Shown here one piece after another: positions 19,788 through 30,703 of a stretch of DNA of 64,000 bases. Source of the stretch: Nitrospinales bacterium. GTDB taxonomy: Bacteria > Nitrospinota > Nitrospinia > Nitrospinales > VA-1. The notes beneath the pieces are model-generated. The model had not been told where the DNA came from, made no database searches, and saw nothing but the letters and a program-made list of their open reading frames with translations. The DNA lies in assembly GCA_965223345.1 (NCBI GenBank), contig CBDCWG010000012.1:800001-864000 (forward strand), in the 5' to 3' direction. How positions within the stretch are numbered: position 1 is the stretch's first letter; every line of letters begins with the position of its first letter. The position numbers and the translations under genes are program-made.

Positions 19788-20171
19788 TCACTGGATTCGA
19801 GGCAACCGGTCTTCGGTCACATACCAGCTTCGCAGATCCAGAATTGTTTCCGTTGTGGTTTCCTGATTCCCCGAATACCGTTTGGGTGAAATGATTCCTT
19901 TCATGTGAGTCTTTGCCTTAGGCAGACGATCCTCAGTCACGTACCAGGAAGAGATGAGATCCTGTTCACTCGAAATTTCCACGACCGGAACAGCCATTTT
20001 TTCTGCGTGCATGGTTTTTCCATGCGGCAGAGCGTCTTCGGTCACATACCAGGAGGCCGTGGGATCCTGCACGGGATTTGAGGTGTTCGCGAATGTCGGT
20101 ATTGCTGAAAAAAGAAGGGCGCCTACGCCAATAACGGAAAACACGGTAGAGAAAATTTTCTTGTTGTTCAT
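19788..20171 (-). CDS. Secreted small protein with three SWYVTEDxLP repeats, unknown function
   Basis: Sec signal peptide ending IPTFA, AAAGGA RBS, three motif copies with synonymous DNA variation. Confidence 0.8.
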   Translation of the reverse strand: MNNKKIFSTVFSVIGVGALLFSAIPTFANTSNPVQDPTASWYVTEDALPHGKTMHAEKMAVPVVEISSEQDLISSWYVTEDRLPKAKTHMKGIISPKRYSGNQETTTETILDLRSWYVTEDRLPRIQ

Positions 20172-20239
20172 GACTCGATTCCTTTTAAGAGATTTGTTGA
20201 ATTTTTTCTGCGGGTATATTAACCGCGCGTCTAAGTATT

Positions 20240-20268
20240 AATATAGACTTATGTATAGATCTTGTAAA
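20240..20268 (-). promoter_or_regulatory. Sigma70-like promoter for the SWYVTED-repeat gene, overlapped by direct repeats
   Basis: Minus strand TTTACA (20268-20263)-N17-TATATT (20245-20240). Confidence 0.5.
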
Positions 20269-20732
20269 GATAAATATAGACAAAATGTCGAGGCTGTTTA
20301 ATGTTTTATAATATTCTTAAAAACAATCATTTATGTTTGTTTTACGGGTGTTGATGCAAAAAAAAAATCAAGAATTCGCTTGTGCTTGTATAAATTTTTC
20401 TTGAGGTGGGTGATTTTCCTGAGAGTCGGGGCACGCAGCAGGAAGGTCTTTGTAAGGCACAGGAGGATAGAAAAAAGCGGCCGGGAATCAGAATGTGCGC
20501 TGACACTCCGCCTTAAGCAGCCAGAGTTGTTGCGAAAAGTTGAAAGAAATTCTTACATCGACCCCTGCCGTTTGAAGACCTGCAAGCGAATTGGGTTCAG
20601 CGCTCGAAAAAACCCACTTGTAGTTGTGGGAGTGGAAGTGAAACTCGGGTGAGAACTTGGGTGTGTCTTCTCGTATTTTTTTACTCTGAAACTATGTGTC
20701 AGATCGGTAACGGCTTGTTTTATCGACCTGCT

Positions 20733-22010
20733 TCATCCTATATACCGGCTTTTCAGTTTGATGAATCCTAAAAAGGCCGTCAGACCGCTGACGCCCACTG
20801 CGGTCATCCAGAGGAACCAGTCGAGGTGATCGATCAGGGCGAGCAGAAACAGAAAGTGGGTGAAGTCGCGGTTGCTGATCTTGTCCACCCAGTTTTCGGC
20901 CTGTCCCTCCGTTTTGGCGTTCAGGGTGGATTTGCCGGCAATGATTTTGCTTTGCAGCAGGAGAAAGCAGGCCAGGCTCCCCAACGCCGCGACGGTCCCC
21001 AAACCGAGGTAGAGGGCGTCGGCGCGGGTCTGGTACAGCCCGAAACCGATGGCGAAGAAAACCGCAATGTGCACCAGGTTGTCGCACAGGATATCGAGCT
21101 TTCCCCCCAGCGGGCTTTCCATGAATTTGATGCGGGCGATTTCCCCGTCCACGCCGTCCACCCAGATGGACAACAGCAGCAACGCGGCGCCGGCGATGCC
21201 CATCGCATGACCGCCGATAAAAAAGCAAACCGCGGCGGCGATTCCGAGTGCGAAACTGAACAGGGTGATCTGGTTGGGCGTGATCGTTGTGTCGATGAGC
21301 CCGCGGGTCAGGAATCCGGAAACCGGGCGTGAGAGCAGGCGGGTGATCAGGCTGTCGTTGGACAGGCCGCCGGAGGTTTTCAGCAATCGTTTGCTCTCTT
21401 TGCGAAAATCCGCTTCGTTTTTTATTTTCGGCCGTTCCTCTTCCGGAAGGTAGACCAGCAGACTCTTGTCCAGGTCGGGTGCCGAATCCGTCCAGAGCCC
21501 GGATTGTTCCCGCGCCTTGTCCACGCCGGGGAAGGCGAAGGTGTCCGTGGGCTTGAGCAGGTTTTTCAGGGCCTCGGTGTCCAGGTAGAAAAGGCGGCCG
21601 TTTCCCGAATCCTCCTTTGGCGACAGGGTCACGAGGGCGGAACGGATTTTGTTTTTTTCGTGCAGGAAAGACCCGTCGAGAAAAAGGTTTTTTGAGGACT
21701 GTCCGATCGCCTGGAGCAGCTGACGGCTGTCGTCCGCCCAGTTCAGTTGCAGATCGATTCGCGGGTCCTGGGTGATGGTGCGCCGCAGCGTCTCCATCGG
21801 TTCGCTGCCGTACACCACCAGACTGCGGATGCCCCCGCGCTGGATATTGAGGATATTGCGCAGCAAAAAAGGCAGTCCGGCGATGTGCTTGCCGTACCAC
21901 TCCTGCAGGCTTTTGCTGGGGGAGGGAACCGGCAGGAACAGGACCGCGGTCCAGTCCTTCAATTCAAATGCGAACGATGCGGAACCCGAATTTGCAACCA
22001 TCGTTGTCAA
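20733..22010 (-). CDS. CDP-alcohol phosphotransferase (DIPPS-like) with degenerate N-terminal nucleotidyltransferase-like domain
   Basis: TPNQIT and the CDP-AP signature DGVDGEIAR-x8-G-x3-D-x3-D; N-terminal IAGLPFLLRNILNIQRGGI without an LAAG.G.R motif. Confidence 0.85.
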   Translation of the reverse strand: MTTMVANSGSASFAFELKDWTAVLFLPVPSPSKSLQEWYGKHIAGLPFLLRNILNIQRGGIRSLVVYGSEPMETLRRTITQDPRIDLQLNWADDSRQLLQAIGQSSKNLFLDGSFLHEKNKIRSALVTLSPKEDSGNGRLFYLDTEALKNLLKPTDTFAFPGVDKAREQSGLWTDSAPDLDKSLLVYLPEEERPKIKNEADFRKESKRLLKTSGGLSNDSLITRLLSRPVSGFLTRGLIDTTITPNQITLFSFALGIAAAVCFFIGGHAMGIAGAALLLLSIWVDGVDGEIARIKFMESPLGGKLDILCDNLVHIAVFFAIGFGLYQTRADALYLGLGTVAALGSLACFLLLQSKIIAGKSTLNAKTEGQAENWVDKISNRDFTHFLFLLALIDHLDWFLWMTAVGVSGLTAFLGFIKLKSRYIG

Positions 22011-22349
22011 CCGTTGGGAATGAAGTATTTATTAAAAGGTAGCAGGATTGAATATCTATAAATAGGAAAAAATCAATTCGCAACGAGAATGTGTCGATGC
22101 GGGCGAATATTCCTGACACGCGGATGCCCGGTCCGGTTTTGTGACGCCCGTCACTTTTGGCCGGCAAAAAAGATTGGGAGCCAATTTTCTCTGGCTAAAA
22201 CTTTCAACGGAAGGCATTGATTTCTAAGCGTTGAATTCCGGTGCGTCCCGGCAATTCCGTTGATTTTTCCCGTTTTACCTGTAAGGAAAGAGCCCTTTGT
22301 GCTACGTTTTTAAGTTACAGAACGTTCATTTTCCTGGGAGCACCTGCAA

Positions 22350-24251
22350 GTGAAGAAAATAAAAATAGCCATTGTGGGAATAGGCAATTGCGCCAGTTCC
22401 CTGATTCAGGGGATCCATTATTACCGCGGCTCGAACCTCGAGGGAGCCATCGGTTTGATGCATGGGGTGCTGGGAGGCTATCGGCCCGAAGACATCGAGG
22501 TGGTCGCCGCTTACGATGTCGATCGGCGCAAAGTCGGTAAAGACCTCAACCGGGCGGTGTTTGCAGAACCCAACTGCGCGCAGGTTTTTTGTTCCGACCT
22601 TCCCGAGGCGGGGCTGAAAGTGAAAATGGGAAAGACGCTCGATGGCGTGTCCGCGCACATGGCCGATTACGGTGAGGGCCGCACGTTTTTGCCCTCGGAT
22701 GCGCCGCAACCGGACAAAGCCGATGTGGTGCGCGCGCTCAAAGAAGCGGGCGCTCAAGTGCTGGTCAATTATCTGCCGGTGGGGTCGGAGCAGGCGACCC
22801 GGTTTTATGCGGAGTGCGCGCTGGAAGCCGGAACGGCTTTCATCAACAACATCCCGGTGTTCATCGCCAGCGATCCCGTCTGGGCGCGCCGCTTCGAAGA
22901 GAAGAACATCCCCATCATCGGCGACGACATCAAATCGCAGCTGGGCGCGACGATCACCCACCGGGTGCTCACCGATCTTTTCAAAAAACGCGGGGTCAAG
23001 CTGGACCGGACCTACCAGCTCAACACAGGCGGCAACACGGATTTTCTCAACATGATCAACCGCGACCGCCTCGCATCCAAGAAAAAATCGAAAACCGAAG
23101 CGGTCCAGTCGGTCACCGAGGAACCGCTGAACGCGGAGAACATCCACATCGGGCCCAGCGACTACGTTCCTTGGCAAAAAGACAACAAGGTCTGCTTCAT
23201 TCGCATGGAGGGGCGGATTTTCGGCAACGTTCCCATCAACCTGGAAATGCGGCTGTCGGTCGAGGACTCGCCCAATTCCGCCGGTGTGGCCATCGACACC
23301 ATCCGCTGCGCCAAGCTGGCGCTGGACCGCAAGGTGGGCGGCGTACTGTGCGGTCCCTCGGCGTATTTCTGCAAGCATCCGCTCATGCAGTTCACCGATG
23401 ACGAAGCGCACACCATGACGGAAAACTTCATCAAGGGAAAACCGGAACGCAAAAGCCGCAGCTGCCTGATCCTGGCGGCGGGGCAGGGCAGCCGCCTGCG
23501 CTCACGCGGGGCGAGCAAACCGCTCACGCCGATTTTCGGGATTCCGCTGATCGAGCGGGTGATCGTGGCCGCGCAGGAGGCCGGGGCGAACGATTTTTAC
23601 GTGGTCACCGGTTACCGGGAAGAACCCTTGAAAGCGTTTCTCGCCGATCTTTCCCACCGGCTCGGCATTCGCATCACGCCCATCGAAAACCCGGACTGGG
23701 AGCAGGGCAACGGCCTGTCGGTGCTCAAGGGAAAACCGTTTTTCGAGGAACCGTTTCTGCTCATGATGTCCGATCATCTGTTCGACCCGGCCATCGCGCG
23801 CGCGCTGCTGGCCTACCCGATCGGCAAGGACGAAATCGTGCTGGGCGTGGACCGGAATAAAGCAAATCTCCTGGTGGACCTGCAGGACGTCACGCGCGTG
23901 CAAACCGAGCAGGGGCGCATCCGGGCGATCGGCAAGGGCATTGCGGACTACGACGCCTTCGACACGGGCGTGTTCCTGTGCGGACCCGGTCTGTTCGAGG
24001 CGCTCGAGCGGTGCGCCGCGGAGGGAGACGACACGTCGCTTTCGCGGGCGGTGCAGATGCTTGCGGATGACAACCGCGCTTTCACGGCGGACGTCACCGG
24101 CCGGTTCTGGATCGATGTGGACGATCCCGCTTCCTTCAAACGCGCCGAGAACGCGCTGCTCGCCGAATTCGGCGAATCCCACGCCACGCCACCTGCGGAT
24201 GCAGGGAAGGACGGGGATGCGGTTGAGGCAAAAACCACGCAGCAAAAGTGA
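22350..24251 (+). CDS. ino1: Fusion of myo-inositol-1-phosphate synthase and inositol-1-phosphate cytidylyltransferase-like domain
   Basis: [61 protein letters not shown]; then in frame from about nt 23463 [11 protein letters not shown]...[26 protein letters not shown]. Confidence 0.9.
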   Translation: MKKIKIAIVGIGNCASSLIQGIHYYRGSNLEGAIGLMHGVLGGYRPEDIEVVAAYDVDRRKVGKDLNRAVFAEPNCAQVFCSDLPEAGLKVKMGKTLDGVSAHMADYGEGRTFLPSDAPQPDKADVVRALKEAGAQVLVNYLPVGSEQATRFYAECALEAGTAFINNIPVFIASDPVWARRFEEKNIPIIGDDIKSQLGATITHRVLTDLFKKRGVKLDRTYQLNTGGNTDFLNMINRDRLASKKKSKTEAVQSVTEEPLNAENIHIGPSDYVPWQKDNKVCFIRMEGRIFGNVPINLEMRLSVEDSPNSAGVAIDTIRCAKLALDRKVGGVLCGPSAYFCKHPLMQFTDDEAHTMTENFIKGKPERKSRSCLILAAGQGSRLRSRGASKPLTPIFGIPLIERVIVAAQEAGANDFYVVTGYREEPLKAFLADLSHRLGIRITPIENPDWEQGNGLSVLKGKPFFEEPFLLMMSDHLFDPAIARALLAYPIGKDEIVLGVDRNKANLLVDLQDVTRVQTEQGRIRAIGKGIADYDAFDTGVFLCGPGLFEALERCAAEGDDTSLSRAVQMLADDNRAFTADVTGRFWIDVDDPASFKRAENALLAEFGESHATPPADAGKDGDAVEAKTTQQK

Positions 24252-24274
24252 AGTTTTATTTAAGAGGAGGCGGC

Positions 24275-25324
24275 TCAGGAGTTTTCCGAGGGCCGGGCCG
24301 CTTCCTTTCTCCACGGGGCGGAGAACACCTTGCGCCCTAAAACCAGGCCCACCGCCACCCACATCAGCTCCTTGATCCTGCGGACGAACGACACCACCAG
24401 CCCGAGACTTCCGCCCATCCCCATCGCCGTGAATATCAGGACCAGCCCGGTTTCCTGAGCGCCGATGCTCAGGGGAATGAAGAAACTCGCCGAACGCACC
24501 AGTTGCGACAGCGACTCGACGATCCACAATTCGGTGAAACTCAGCGAATGCCCCAGAAAATAGAGCGTGACCTGAAGTTCGAGGATGCCCGCGACCCAGC
24601 CTAGAAAGGCGTATGCGGTTGAGGCCGCGCAGCGCTTGGGGTGGCCACGGTAATAATCGGAAATGTTGTCGCTGACGTGGCGCAGATGAATGCGGGTTTT
24701 CTGCACCCAGCGCGATGGCGGCAGAACCTTGAGCGTGTCGGCCATCCGATTCAGGATTCCGGTGATCTGGAACAGCAGGAAAAGAAAAATCAGGGTGGAA
24801 AAAATCACCAGCCCCTGCAAGCTGATGCGCTTGAATTCCGCTGATACCTGTTCGTTCGCTGCGATCAGGACCATGCCGCCGGCCAGAAACAGGATCAAGG
24901 CCAAAAGAGTGGTGGTCCGCTGGATCACCTGCGAGGCGACGCCCGCTTTGATGCCGATGCCGTAACGGCTTTTCATCAGGTGAGCCTTCACCGGCTCGCC
25001 TCCCAGAGTACCCAGCGGCGTGATGAGATTGAACGCTTCACCAATTTGCCGTATTTCCCACACCCTCCAGATGCGGAAGCCCCGGGTCTCACCCGGTTTG
25101 AACGCGTACACCCACGCGTACGCGCCCATCAGCGAAACGAACAGGGCGATGCCCAAAATAGGGATGAAGCCGAAGCGGATGTCGGCCAGCAGGCGGCCGA
25201 CCGCCGCAAGATCGACCTGCCGGACGGCCCAGACGAACAGAAAAACGCCCAGGATCCAGAAAAGCGCGTTGAGTAATTTCGCCATGATCGGTGTGCAAAG
25301 AGTGAGATAAAAAAAGACCGGCAA
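24275..25324 (-). CDS. Lysylphosphatidylglycerol-synthase TM (flippase-like) protein
   Basis: GEAFNLITPLGTLGGEPVKA, FFIPLSIGAQE, RRIKELMW; multi-TM; the true start may be the ATG near 25285. Confidence 0.8.
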   Translation of the reverse strand: MPVFFYLTLCTPIMAKLLNALFWILGVFLFVWAVRQVDLAAVGRLLADIRFGFIPILGIALFVSLMGAYAWVYAFKPGETRGFRIWRVWEIRQIGEAFNLITPLGTLGGEPVKAHLMKSRYGIGIKAGVASQVIQRTTTLLALILFLAGGMVLIAANEQVSAEFKRISLQGLVIFSTLIFLFLLFQITGILNRMADTLKVLPPSRWVQKTRIHLRHVSDNISDYYRGHPKRCAASTAYAFLGWVAGILELQVTLYFLGHSLSFTELWIVESLSQLVRSASFFIPLSIGAQETGLVLIFTAMGMGGSLGLVVSFVRRIKELMWVAVGLVLGRKVFSAPWRKEAARPSENS

Positions 25325-25377
25325 ATCCTAAGCCGAAATCGCCGTCGCTGTCAAACGCCGCCTGAAAGGAAGTCGCT

Positions 25378-26577
25378 ATGGCGTTGCATCGTGTGGTAAG
25401 AATAGCGAAGCGTTGCGCGAGAGGAGTCTCCATCCTGAAAATCTGTCTCACAATCCATTCGTCGCCGTGGTCGCGATTCAAAGGCGGCGGTCAGATCGCC
25501 GTGCACCAGATGGCCTGCGCGCTCAGCAGAAAAGGCTGCGAGGTGCACGTGGTGTACTCGAAACACCCGGATGAGAACCCGCGCCCCTCCGTCCCCTACA
25601 CGCTGCACTGGGTGCGGCGGTTCGACTGCGCGACGGTCAATCTCGATATTTTCTCGTTCGCAAAAAAACTCCGCCGTCTGTTGCGGCGGCAGCGGTTCGA
25701 CATCGTGCACGGCAATGCGGAGGAGTTTTTTTTCATTCCCGGCCTGTGCCGCAAATGGGGAGTGGTTCCTTTTTTCACCAGTCACGCGCCCTTCCTGCCA
25801 CAGCAGGGAGCCCTGCGAGGGCTGCTAAAGCCTGTGTGGTTGTTAAAGCGGGTCAACCCGCATCTGCTGCGCGCGGCCGCCGGCCGTTCGCACACCGTCG
25901 TCACGTTCAGCGAATTTTCCAAACAGCTCGTCGCGGATGCGTTCACAGGCACCCACTGCCCGCGACTGGAAACGGTGGATCCGGGTGTGGACCCTTCCTG
26001 GTTTGATGTGACGCGTTGTCCCGATGCCAAAGCGAATCTTTTGTTCTGGGGGCGGGTGGAAGAGGAAAAGGGGCTGCTGGAGTTGTTCGAAGCACTCAAG
26101 CAGGTGATGCGAATGCGGTCCGATGTGCGGCTCACGCTGGTGGGAGAGGGAAACCGTCTGGAAGAGTACCGGCGCCGGGCGTCTGCCTGCAACCTGGCGG
26201 TGGAGTTTTTGGGCTGGCAGGACACCGGGAAAATTCAACAACTCGCCGCCCGCGCCTGGGCGGGGGTGTTTCCGTCGCGGATCGAGAGTTTCGGTCTGGC
26301 GGTGGCGGAGGCGCAGGCCGTGGGACTGCCGGTGATCGCCACGCGGGCGGGGGCGCTACCTGAGATCGTGCAGGACGGATCGACCGGCGTGCTGGTGCCG
26401 CCAAAGGATGCGGCTGCGCTGGCGCGCGCGTTGATAGAATTTTTCGAAGACCGCCCGCGTTTCGAGGCGATGGCGGAAAAAGGGAGGGAGTTGGCGAAGT
26501 CACGATTTTCCTGGGAGAAAACCGCGGATCGTTTGCTCGCCCTGTATCGTGCCGCGTTGCATAAAAAGCCGGGCTGA
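25378..26577 (+). CDS. GT4 (GT-B) glycosyltransferase
   Basis: GGGQ, DIVHGN, PGVD, GRVEEEKG, PSRIESFGLAVAEAQAVGLPVIAT...GALPE, FSWE. Confidence 0.92.
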   Translation: MALHRVVRIAKRCARGVSILKICLTIHSSPWSRFKGGGQIAVHQMACALSRKGCEVHVVYSKHPDENPRPSVPYTLHWVRRFDCATVNLDIFSFAKKLRRLLRRQRFDIVHGNAEEFFFIPGLCRKWGVVPFFTSHAPFLPQQGALRGLLKPVWLLKRVNPHLLRAAAGRSHTVVTFSEFSKQLVADAFTGTHCPRLETVDPGVDPSWFDVTRCPDAKANLLFWGRVEEEKGLLELFEALKQVMRMRSDVRLTLVGEGNRLEEYRRRASACNLAVEFLGWQDTGKIQQLAARAWAGVFPSRIESFGLAVAEAQAVGLPVIATRAGALPEIVQDGSTGVLVPPKDAAALARALIEFFEDRPRFEAMAEKGRELAKSRFSWEKTADRLLALYRAALHKKPG

Positions 26578-26648
26578 GTGGCGGGCGGAATCGTGCAAGC
26601 GCTCATTATTTTTACGCAGGCCGCCGTAAAGGAAGATTGAGGCTCACG

Positions 26649-27788
26649 ATGAACAAATCACTCCTGCATCCGAAAAAACGCGAGCGCGGCGCGAAGGATT
26701 TACGATTCAGGAACCGGCTCAAGGGTTGGGTCAAGAATCTGCCTTTTTTCTGGGAAATGGATTACCTGCGCCGCAAGGTGCACGACTCGCGCCTGTTCGA
26801 TTTCAGCGTGAGAGATCTTGCGGACACGCTGGAGGCCTGGCCGCAGGGCCTGCTGCTCGATGTCACCAACCGCTGCAACGCGAAATGCGTGTGGTGCCCG
26901 AATCCCGATCTCACCGACATGGGGTCCATGAAAATGGACCTGTACAAAAAGATCGTGGACGAATACGCGGGCATCGGCGGGGTGGTGCACTTCGGCACCT
27001 TCGGCGAACCGTTGATGGACAAGACCCTCGGCGAGAAGATCCGATACCTGAAACAATACCCGAGCGTTTCGAGAATCCAGGTTTTGACCAACGCGTTTTT
27101 CATGAACCGGAAGCTCATTCCCACGCTGCTGGAAAACTCCGTCGCCGTGGACATCAGCCTCGACGAGCTGGATAAGAAAACGTTCGAGGAGGTCAAGAAA
27201 ATGAGCTACGACGTGGTGCGCAAAAACATCCTCGATCTGCTCGAAGCCAACGACCGCCGGGAAACGCCGGTGCCGGTGCATTTCCGCATCAAGACCCTGA
27301 AGACAATGGAAGAGACGCTGAACCACGAATTTCTTCAGGAGATCGAATCGCACCGCTGCACGATTCAATTGACGCCGATCACGGAAAACATCATTTCCAA
27401 CTGGGCGGGCCGCTTCGACAACAAGCAGTTTTTCGAGTCCTACGGCATCGCGTCGAACGGCGGCTCGCGCTACAACCACAAACGCTTCAACCTCACCAAC
27501 CGCGCTCCCTGCACGCAGCTCTGGAAATGGATGGTGGTGTACTGGGATGGCAGCGTGGTCATGTGCTGCGCCGACATGTTTTCCTCCACCACGATGGGAA
27601 ACCTCACCGAGGACAGCATCGCGGAAGTCTGGCGCGGTACGAAGATGACCGAGCTGCGTAAAAAGATGATCGCGCGCAAGCGCTTCGACATCCCCCTCTG
27701 CCAGGACTGCGACATCCATCTGAGCTGGCAGCACCTGAAAGACCATTTCGACGGCACGGGCAGCCTGTTGCCCGAAACCTTCCTCTGA
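26649..27788 (+). CDS. Radical SAM enzyme with SPASM/twitch auxiliary-cluster domain
   Basis: CNAKCVWC (CxxxCxxC), GEPL, C-terminal C...DG.V..CC...GN...CxxC. Confidence 0.9.
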   Translation: MNKSLLHPKKRERGAKDLRFRNRLKGWVKNLPFFWEMDYLRRKVHDSRLFDFSVRDLADTLEAWPQGLLLDVTNRCNAKCVWCPNPDLTDMGSMKMDLYKKIVDEYAGIGGVVHFGTFGEPLMDKTLGEKIRYLKQYPSVSRIQVLTNAFFMNRKLIPTLLENSVAVDISLDELDKKTFEEVKKMSYDVVRKNILDLLEANDRRETPVPVHFRIKTLKTMEETLNHEFLQEIESHRCTIQLTPITENIISNWAGRFDNKQFFESYGIASNGGSRYNHKRFNLTNRAPCTQLWKWMVVYWDGSVVMCCADMFSSTTMGNLTEDSIAEVWRGTKMTELRKKMIARKRFDIPLCQDCDIHLSWQHLKDHFDGTGSLLPETFL

Positions 27789-27971
27789 CCCGAAAAGCCA
27801 TACGTTCTATTAATTCAATGGAATAGCCTCATATTCGGGCTGCGGGCGCGATCCAGTTGCGCCTTGTCGAGGGAGGCTTCTTTTCTGTTCCGGGGTTTTT
27901 CAGGATGGTGTACCATGATGCTTTTCCCCTTTCCCCAGGCGGGGAGGGGGACCTGAGACCTTGAGGCCAGA

Positions 27972-29867
<1,896 letters not shown>

Positions 29868-30083
29868 ATGCACACCGATTCCATACAGTGGCGGTTCGAA
29901 GTCGATAAGAAAGACATCGCCTACATCGTCAGCGTGTTCGAGGCCTACGAAAACCTGGCGGTGGTCCGCACGCTCGATCCTTCCAGGGGACTCATCGAAC
30001 TGATGATCTCCCCGGATTATCTCGACGACACACAACGCCTCATCGACCATCTGGCAGAAGAGATCCCGCTGCGCCGACTTTGA
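29868..30083 (+). CDS. DUF4911-like small protein
   Basis: IAYIVSVFEAYENLAVVRTLDP pattern; abuts the mnmG stop. Confidence 0.7.
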   Translation: MHTDSIQWRFEVDKKDIAYIVSVFEAYENLAVVRTLDPSRGLIELMISPDYLDDTQRLIDHLAEEIPLRRL

Positions 30084-30094
30084 CCGGGTTTGGT

Positions 30095-30613
30095 TTAATA
30101 GTGCAGCAGCGAGTGGATAGAGTGGTCCGGCAGTTTTTCCCGCCCTTTGAGAAAATCCAGCTCGATCAGAAACGCCACTTCCACGATGTTCACCTGAAAA
30201 TTGTTGCTGATCAGATCGATGGTCGCCGACACGGTGCCGCCGGTGGCGAGCACGTCGTCCACCACCAGCACCTGCTGCCCCGTCTCGAACGCGTCCTGGT
30301 GAATTTCCACCGAATCGGTGCCGTATTCCAGCGAATAGGTTTTTTTGTACGTCTTGTAGGGGAGCTTTCCCGGTTTGCGCACGATGACGGTTCCCGCGCC
30401 GAGGGAATACGCCAGGGCGGCGGCGAACAGAAACCCGCGCGCCTCCACGCCGACCACGCAGTCGATGTTTTTTTCGACGTAGCGTTCCTTGAGCAGGTCG
30501 ATGGCTTGTTTGAACGTGTCTCCCTTTGCCAGAAGCGGGGCGATGTCTTTGAACACGATGCCTTTTTTGGGAAAGTCGGGAACGTCGCGAATGCTCGATC
30601 TCAATGATTCCAT
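30095..30613 (-). CDS. apt: Adenine phosphoribosyltransferase
   Basis: [43 protein letters not shown]. Confidence 0.96.
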   Translation of the reverse strand: MESLRSSIRDVPDFPKKGIVFKDIAPLLAKGDTFKQAIDLLKERYVEKNIDCVVGVEARGFLFAAALAYSLGAGTVIVRKPGKLPYKTYKKTYSLEYGTDSVEIHQDAFETGQQVLVVDDVLATGGTVSATIDLISNNFQVNIVEVAFLIELDFLKGREKLPDHSIHSLLHY

Positions 30614-30703
30614 GCTGTTTCCTTCGTTGGGACGGGGTTTTTCAGGGACCCGGGGTGGGTGTCCGCAAGAGTGTACCTTTTTTCTCCGTGTTTGCGGAAG
30701 CGA

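Noticed and set aside
19801..20055. Three spaced DNA repeats resembling a mini CRISPR array
   Set aside because: The copies differ at synonymous positions, the spacing (105 and 120 bp) is in frame and too long, and no cas genes are present; it is a protein-level repeat.
20380..20652. 90-aa ORF in the AT-rich islet
   Set aside because: TTG start, no RBS or motif seen; likely spurious. No recognisable ncRNA there either.
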